A DNA stretch of 64,000 bases from Paragordius varius (lineage: Eukaryota > Animalia > Nematomorpha): NCBI GenBank assembly GCA_964247055.1, contig OZ176055.1, positions 5,270,001-5,334,000 on the forward strand. Direction: 5' to 3'. Below are positions 12,065-21,000 of this stretch, piece by piece. The stretch's first letter is position 1, and each line of letters begins with the position of its first letter. The notes below the pieces were generated by a model, which worked only from the letters and a program-made list of their open reading frames with translations, was not told the origin of the DNA and made no database searches. Made by a program: the position numbers and the translations under genes.

Positions 12065-13418
12065 ATGAATGAGTTAATGTGTAATAATAAAAAGTGCCGG
12101 AAAAGATTACTAAACCATGCCTGGGTATTAATATTTTATAATGTTATTAGATAACTTCTTGCTCACGTAAATTTTAATGCGTAAATGAAAGATATTTTTT
12201 GTGATGAAGATGGATCTAGGGAATTTAATAGAACACCGTCCATATGTATGGCGTGCAATTCAAACCTGTCCGGGAAATATGATGTTATACATACCGATTT
12301 AGCGCCTTCCGAACAATATAAAAGCGTATGTATTTTATGGATCTCAATAATTATTTATTTCTGATTAAAAAATTGAAAATTGCATTATAATGTTATATAT
12401 ATTTAAATTGGTAGATGGTTTTATCCGGTCTAAAACCCGAAATAATTTTGGAAATAACAAGCCAAGCAATGTCTTTCTGGTGCTATCAAGTTATAGCATC
12501 AATATTAAAATTAGGCATCGCAAGAAATTGCGCTTCAGGAGCATATGGTTAATAAATCAAAAGAAAAATTGTCTAAGGTTGAAGAATATTATGAAGAGGT
12601 TATAACCAAAATTACTGCTGAAATTAATGGTACATTATCGAATATACGAGATAGCTTTGAAAATAAATATAAATAATTTAAAAAAAGAAAATGAAAATTC
12701 AAGGTTAAAATATAGCGATATGACGGCAAAATATAATGAAATGTTCGAAAAATATACAGAGAAAGCAAGGCAACATCAAAAACTACAGGCAGCTATATTT
12801 ATTTATAGATTAGATGATGTATGAACAGCTAAGGAGAAATACATTAACAAAAACACCTATGCCCAATATAATGATGGCTCTAAAAGAAAAATCAAATATG
12901 GATTTTCCTTTAATCACAAGGGGTTTTTAATTATATTTTATTAACAACTATGTTATAACTTTGTATCTTATAACCATATAATTTAATTAAAAAATTTTAC
13001 CGACTACTTTACATATACGTTAATTATTTAATGCTTTCATCACTTGTGTCGTTTTTAGAATCATTACACATTTAGTAATAAGGATAAACAAACACATTCA
13101 AACCTTAGACTATTAATAATATATTATTTTTAGCAGATATTTTAAATAATGAATATATTGAAGTTTTATTTCGATATATTAATTTAATTTATAGATTTAA
13201 TGAAATCTGCTGTATATAGACCAAAATTGCCCTCACCCGAAACGATGAACAAACAATCGAGTAATAATATTGACTAATATTATCTTTATATTATATTTTA
13301 TATAGAGGAAGATATGGATGGATTCAATTTTCGCCCCGTTATTAACAATGTTCAGCATCATTCACTTATGTTTAGAAACAGTAATTCAAACCTTCTAGAT
13401 CTCGAAAATCGAAACTAA
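12065..13418 (+). CDS. CCNB1IP1: HEI10 meiotic RING E3 ligase, 9 exons, 273 aa: 12065-12124, 12151-12166, 12192-12325, 12415-12489, 12515-12629, 12655-12788, 12814-12922, 13195-13260, 13306-13418
   Basis: Spliced product MNELMCNNKKCRKRLLNHAWITSCSHIFCDEDGSREFNRTPSICMACNSNLSGKYDVIHTDLAPSEQYKSMVLSGLKPEIILEITSQAMSFWCYQASQE...QKLQMMYEQLRRN...DGFNFRP aligns colinearly with human CCNB1IP1 as I recall it (HIFCDQHGSGEFSRSPAICPACNSTLSGK...MVLAGLRPEIVLDISSRALAFWTYQ); total 822 nt is divisible by 3. Confidence 0.93.
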
Positions 13419-13570
13419 ATATATTATCTTTAATATTTATTGTTTAAACAAAAAACGAAAAAGATGTATGCATACAATTAATATCACAAAAATGTAACAT
13501 ATTTACTAAGCTATAAAGTTTACAAAAAATATGCAACAAAAAATGCCATAATTGTTTCGCTTAATGTTTC

Positions 13571-16500
13571 CTAATAATCATCATAGTCTCCATGTCCACC
13601 ATAACTTTTATCAGGCTTATCAGGATTAAGCGTTATCAAATCATCAATCCGCAAAATGGTTATAGCAGCCTCAGTTGCAAATTTGATAGCCTTGATTTTA
13701 CTCACAGCAGGTTCTAAAATACCGGCAGTTTTATTATCTTTAATTGTTCCCTCCAACAAATCTAATCCAGACCTAGGAAAAATATGAATTTTATAAAAGA
13801 TTAAGCAGATAGCTTTTAACTCTATGCAAGAAAAAAATTGGGTTTGGAAATATATTACAACATAAAATATTAGCAGGTATTATGAAAAGAAAAATTGGAT
13901 GTGTAATTAATCTAACAATGTTAAATCTAGTTTTTCGTATAATAAAAATAATGGAAGTTTTTGTGAATTGTGAGGCAAAAAATACCATTTCCAACTCTCT
14001 TTATTGACATTTTGGCCAGCGCTCGTGTTTATTTTATCATTCTTTACCCCATGCCCCAAAGATGATGAGTGACCGTCATTACAAGTGTTGGGGTTATTGG
14101 TTTCATTAGTTGGCAACGATGATACAACATTGTTGGCAGTCGTTTTGAACGTTTGAGCCACATTGTGAAGAGCCCGGAGTCTAGAAACCAACTCGGTCGT
14201 ATCAAGTGCAGCATTAGTCGCCAAAGTTTTAGGGATAACTAATAGGGCATTCGCAAATTCAGCAATAGCAAGTTGTTCCCGACTGCTCTGTAAGATAGAT
14301 AGGGAATAATTTTATAAAAACATGTAAAAGTTATAAAGATTCCCTATGCTATTTTTGTTACATGGTTCAAATGTTAAAATATTAAAAAGTAAGATATATC
14401 TTACCAAATTAAATTATTTTATTTTATAGCTTTTATTTATGTTTCCAAATATCTTCAAATCCCTTCCAAAAATAGTCCTTACAATTTATCTCATCCAAAT
14501 AACAATTTTTTAAATTTAAAACAAATGAAAAACGCCGTTAAAGTTTAGCAAGCATGATAATCTTTTCAATGATTTTGAATAAAATTAATAAGGTATTATT
14601 CAATAAAGAAGAGTATAAATGATTTAAAGTAAAAAATGTATACTATGGATGTCGCAAAATGTTCCAAGTAAACGCTACAGGCCGTTTCTACACTCCCGCC
14701 ACCCGCAACCAGAGTTTTGCTTTCAAGGACTCTTTTGCAAACGCATAGGGCGTCATGTAATGAACGCTCGCATTCATCCAAAGCCGTGTCATTCGGTCCG
14801 CGCAGGATAATGCTAGCTGCCGTCCTGGCTTTTGGTCTAAATGAGATTTAAATAAAATATGTAAACTTGAATGTAAAAATAAGTTAATATTATATTAATC
14901 TATAATATAGCAATTACGGTTAATATTATTTGATTATATCTCTGTAGCATTTATTAATGGAAATAAATAATATTACCTTAAAATAACGGAATTAAAGATT
15001 TAAAGATGGTATACTATTTTTCAAAATTTTTAAGATATTATATTGATTATATAACAAGTGTCAAAAATATAGGTATTTCATATACTAAAAGAAAAAATCT
15101 TTACGGTAATTAAATATCATTATCGGCTTGAAATAATGATGAAAAAAATTCAAAAGCAAATCATTTTTTAAAAATAATAAAAACTTAACTTTTTGATGAT
15201 ATATTTACCCGTTTATCAAAATGAGTTCATCGTCGCACACACGTTTTTGAATAACTTCCTCGGCTTGACCCAAAAAGCTGTTTTCAAACGTTTCATCACC
15301 TTCCAAATTCGATAGACTGACAAGAAGCGTTGCTACATTAAAACAAAAACAATGATATATTTTTCGAACAATAACAATTGGTGATCTTCTTTTGTTTATA
15401 TAAACAAAATCTATCAAAAATTATATAAAAAAACGTATAAACCTATTTTTTTAAATCGATATGATACTTAATTAAATCCATTATAGAAAATAAACTTTAA
15501 GAAATACATTAGAATAATAATGATTGAATAAAATTTAAATGAAAATCATATACTACAAAAAATATACAATCTAAAAGTTCCAAATAAATTGAAATTTATT
15601 TTAAAGGAAAAAAAAACTAATATATAATTTTAGATAAAAAATATCTACATTAATTACCCCCCGTGGCCTTTGCGATACGTTTAAGATCTGCCTTTTTACA
15701 TCTGCGCACGGCCATACAACCGGCTTCGACGAACGGTTTGAGGCACAAATCATCGATTCCGCCAGTGGTTAGAACAACATTCGCACCTGCTGCAATGATC
15801 TTGTTTATCTTTTCACGAACCAAATCTATTTCTCTGCAGAAATTTTATAAGAATATATTTAAGAGTACATGAATAATTCAAATACATTAACAAAGTTTTG
15901 TATTTTGTATGGAGATTTAATAATAATTAAAAATATGTTATAGAAGTAGGACTTATAAATTAAAAAATTTACAAATTCGGTTAACCTAATTAAGTGTCGG
16001 ATATTATCAACATAAAGTTTTGCGATGTTATACATAAACAGCTAAGTTTTATTAAAAGATATCTTGCAATTAAACCTTTGACGAATATCTGACAATTTTT
16101 CTGGATCAGTAACTAAAACATGAACACCCATCGCCATTTTAGCCTTTTGTAAGCTAAAATCTAAACAAGCGATCCGAGCGTTAGTGACTTGCTTAGGCAT
16201 GGCTAAAATAAAAAAATGTTAAAATATTTTAGTAAAATTTAAAAAAAATATGGTTTAAAACTAAAATCCGAAGTGAAAGAATTATTAATTTGTATCACAA
16301 CAAAATATCCTTACCCTGTGAAGCGACAGTACAATTCAAGGCATAACCATGAATTAACATACTCTCCTTAAAGCTTTTCCCGTGACTCTTGAGAACATTA
16401 ATGCTCTTTATTGGGTATTTGTATTGACCAACCAATAAGGAATTGGCATCTTTGTTAGCTAATATGTTAAAAGAGGGATTTAAACCGGAACCAGTTTTTT

Positions 16501-17962
16501 TCAAAACCGTTATTACCAAAAAATACCAAAAACGATTCATCTTTTTATTTTTTAATACGATAGTAACCTTAAAAAATTTTAGTGTTTTTATCATTCGAAT
16601 TGTATATTTTCTTAAATTCTAATATATTTTATATTTTTGCGGCATTATTCAAATTATATCAAAAATGATATTAGTAAATAGAATAATTAGAAGCATTCAA
16701 AAAATAATGGAGGAAACAATTTTTTTTGCAGCCTGAACCGTTCCGTTCGAATAAGTGTGAATTAGAGACTAAAATTTAGTTAAAACCAAAACCAACGGTT
16801 CCGATCACTTTAAAAAATTATTGAATAGTTAGGCACACTATATGTTCTGAAAAAATCAACTCACTTGAAGCGTTAGTGATTGATGAAGTTAGACCGCTTC
16901 CCACATGAGCGTTAGAAATGCCGGATATTGCTCCAGAATTGGCGTGATCGGGAAATCTCACGGCAAAACACGCATCAACAACAATCGTGGCAAAATAATT
17001 AACGATTTCGGGACCGCCTAAAACATATAATAAAATTATAAATATAATTTTTTTAAGCGTCTTTGTAAGTACCGATTTATTTATTTGGTTATAACAATAT
17101 TCAAAAAATTGATGATGAATAATTCAAATAAATTTTATTTAGATGTTAATTTATTAAACAAGCTATGAAACAAATACATCGGTATTCAAAAAAGATATTT
17201 AAATAAAAATAAAGCACGATATCCCCAAAATAATTCGGCATTATTGTTAACTTATATTAGCACGGTTTAATAGATGGTAGAGTTAAAAAATTTAATTGAT
17301 TAACCTAATAATTTGCTAGCTAAACTAGTTCGAGCACAAGCAAGTATCGCTTCCATTCCCAATGATTCAACGGGTATTATCAATTGTTCTTTGATATATT
17401 TACAGGCTTCCTTAGCTGCTAAACGGTAGCCACTGATGATAGAAGTCGGATGAATTTTCCATTGTATTAAAGTTTCTGCTCGTTTGAGGAGTTCGGCAGC
17501 TATGATAACCTACATGAAACAAATTTTAAACAATCAAACATGTATAACGCTTTATAAATGAATAATATATATGAATACTTACAACTGAGGTAGTTCCGTC
17601 GCCAACTTCTTGATCCTGCAGGTCGGCTAATTCAACCAAAATTTTGGCCGCCGGATGTTCAACCTCCAAGAGTTTCAAAATAGTGGCTCCATCATTTGTA
17701 ATTGTTACATCCTATTAAAAAAATAAAATAGTTAGCGTAATAAAATAAAGGGGTAAAAAGTCATAAGAAAAGACATGATTACTCCAATGTCATCAACTAG
17801 CATTTTGTCCAATCCCACAGGTCCTAAACTACTTTTAACTATATTGGCTATGGTCTTGCACGCAGTCACTATAATTTAACAAATTTTTATACCATTTTGA
17901 CTTCTAATATCCCGACCAGAAGTCCTGTTACCATCGAGCATGAGTGAAGTGAGAGACGCCAT
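13571..17962 (-). CDS. TCP1: T-complex protein 1 subunit alpha (CCT1), 12 exons, 636 aa: 17962-17893, 17868-17783, 17711-17583, 17509-17305, 17017-16865, 16458-16315, 16202-16076, 15833-15658, 15332-15209, 14836-14644, 14287-13986, 13772-13571
   Basis: [75 protein letters not shown]; all junctions GT-AG and in frame. Confidence 0.97.
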
Positions 17963-18006
17963 TATAAAGTTAAACAAATGTTTTAATAAAAAATTCAAAA
18001 TTTGAC
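17963..18006. promoter_or_regulatory. 44-bp divergent spacer between TCP1 and DDX23 start codons; TATAAA at 17963-17968 on +
   Basis: TCP1 ATG (minus) at 17962-17960 and DDX23 ATG at 18007; in-frame TAA at 17971 upstream of DDX23 ATG. Confidence 0.7.
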
Positions 18007-21000
18007 ATGCCCGAAGTTATTGATTTGGATGATAAACCTGATACTGTAGACGAAATTGATTTAACAACTGTTGATGACAAAGAAATTAAAGAATCAAGTT
18101 ATGATAAGTCCAAACGGTATATTAAATTTTTTTACCGAAAATGATTTTCTGCTTCATATTCAATATTTTTTAATTTTTAGTTCTCCTCACAAACAAAAAA
18201 AGGAGAAAAAACATAGGGATCATAATAATGACAGGAAGCGTCATAAACCAGATAGAGAGGAAAGATACTCATCCCATTCAGGGAATAATCGTTCCAGTGA
18301 TTCTATAAGTCATCATAGAAAGGAGCGTTTTCATGAGCCTTCTTACCATAGACATGTTGCAAATGATATTCGTCACCAAGAATACATTGATAGAAATAAT
18401 TCTTACCAACAAACACGTGATAAAAGTTCCCACTCCACCCGTTATGAAGAAAAGCATAACAGAGATAACAAAAGTCCAATTAATCAAAAATCTAGCACAA
18501 AGTCACAAACTACTCACGAAAACCGGTGTGAAGATCAAAAAAGTAAGGATAATACCCAAAAAACTGACAAACCAGATATACATAAATCTGCTACCGTTCA
18601 CTCCCATTCTACTGACGATAATAATAATAATACAAAAACCAAGAAAAAATCTTCTAAAGATAAAAAGAAACCCAAAATAAAGGATCCACCTAAAGATGTA
18701 TCAGAACCAACCGATTTTACGAACAACGATATTGTAAGAACCAAAAGAGTTCCATTGTCGCTTGATGAATTATTAGCTAAGAAGAAAGCTGAAGAAGAAA
18801 CACTAAGCAAAGTATTACGATTAATATATAACTGGTAAATTAATATATTGCAAGATATGAAATGGTACTCATGATTTTATTATAAATGTAAGATAAAAGT
18901 ATTCTTTCTTTTCTATATACTTTTAACATTATACTTGTTAATGCAAGGAATCACATCTTAATCGTTTATTAAATCGCGTAACTATTAAAACGCTTTAAAT
19001 ATTACTTTGTTAAAAAACTTGTAAATATTTTACATAATATTATTTACCAATGGTTATAAATAATTTGTTTTTTAATAGATTGCAATAAATGGTTTTATTG
19101 GCAATGCTCAGTTTTATCTTGATTAATAAAAGCTATTTGTATGTTTCAGCCCAAATTTTTGACAAAAGAAGAACGAGTAGCATTGGCTCTTAAGCGAAGA
19201 GAAGAGGTAGTCGCTCTTAAACGCCAGGAACAAGAAGAAACTCGCAAAAAACAGCAAGAGTTCCTAAAACAGGCTACTTTATCTACTGGTACGTTCTATA
19301 ATTAAATTGTAATCTAAAATGTTGTCAGATTTATAGTATGCAGTAGTTATATTTTACAAAATTTATGTAAATTTCGCGTAAAATGTATAGTTGTATTTTA
19401 TCGCTGCAAACTTACAAAAATAATGTTTTGAATATATTTGGTTATTTTAGGCATATTTAACACGCAATAATTATTTTGTATTTAAAACTATTGCAAGAAT
19501 TAATATTTTAAGGTTTTGACACATAACCACTTTCTCCAATAAGTGTATTGAGTTACAGTCTTATAAACAATTAATACAGGGATAAACATACGGAACCAAT
19601 TATTGCTTATATAATTTAATTTACAATCCAGACATTTTTAATATGAAACATATGTTAAACCGTCACAGTAATAATATTAATATGATCAAAATAATACGTT
19701 TAAATTTTTAGAGCTCTGGGTAAAACTGCCCCAATATGTCATTGTGGACAAAAAAAGTGAAAAGGTCACGAAGTGTTAAAGTCAGTTTAAAAAAGAAACC
19801 ATATTTTTAAAATTTGATTCATAAGTAACCTATCTTTTTTTGGATACAAAGTAAGAAAAAGATGTGTATGGTAACGCATCTAATTTTAGTTTTCACAATT
19901 GTAATAATATAGAGTGCGTGAAATAGTGAAGAAATATGGTTTTTTATTAATATAAAAATAAAACATTAGTTTTATTTTGTAGAGGAATTTTATTTTAGAT
20001 GTAAAATGTATAATTATATTGGATCTATGATTCTTTATTTAAATAATTAAAAATAAAAATGTAAAGAGCTATGCTATAAGTTTTTATTTTAAATTATTTA
20101 ATCGATAAAGGATCATGATTATTTAGATGCGAAATATTTTATTTTTGTTAATCTAATTAACTACTTTGGTTCCTTATATACGAGTTATTTTATATATTTA
20201 ATGTATTAGAAACACCTTATGAGCGCGAACGCAGAGAAAGGCGAGAGCGCAGAGAACGCGAACAAGCCGAAGAAGAAATGGAAAGGAACAAAATTAAGGA
20301 GGAAAAGGACAAAGACAAGGAACTAAATGCCATCAAGGTTATATTAGTTTTGCAAAAATGCTTGTAATTAAATATATAAAATATTTTTTTTAAGAAATAT
20401 ATACCTTTAAATCTATTCAATATACAAGTTAAAAATAATCTATGTAACCTCAATGGGAGTCTTTGGTTACCAGTTTCACGTATTTCTCAAAAAAACGGTA
20501 CCGGACCAATTGTTTCCGTTCTATTTGCGAATAATATAAGTTTTGATTTAAACATCTAATATTTTGGATATTGTTTCAATTTCTTAAATTTACAGATACC
20601 TTATTTTTAATACAACCAAAAAAATGTTTTTTGAAAAGTTAAATATATATTTTATATAAAATAGTAAACATACAAAACAATATAAATTTTAGTATTAAAA
20701 TGATATAAATATATATATATATATATATATAGTTTTGAACCCCGGTCTCGGTTTTAAAACGATTATGGAAGCATTTTATACAAACCATGGTTATAAAACA
20801 ATTTTTTAATTTATAAACGGTCTAAAAGAGCTATAGAATATATTATATTATTTGTTTTTTAGGAGAAATATTTGGGCATGTTAAAAAAGAAGAAAAGGGC
20901 TCGTCGATTAAATGAACGCAAATTTGTTTTTGATTGGGATGCGACAGAAGACACTTCTACAGATTATAATCCCATTTATAAAGAAAGACACGATCTACTC

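Noticed and set aside
12194-12211. HEI10 RING sixth ligand is Asp (CDED) rather than human His
   Set aside because: Asp at this position occurs in other HEI10 homologues (e.g. plant), so it is not evidence of inactivation or novelty
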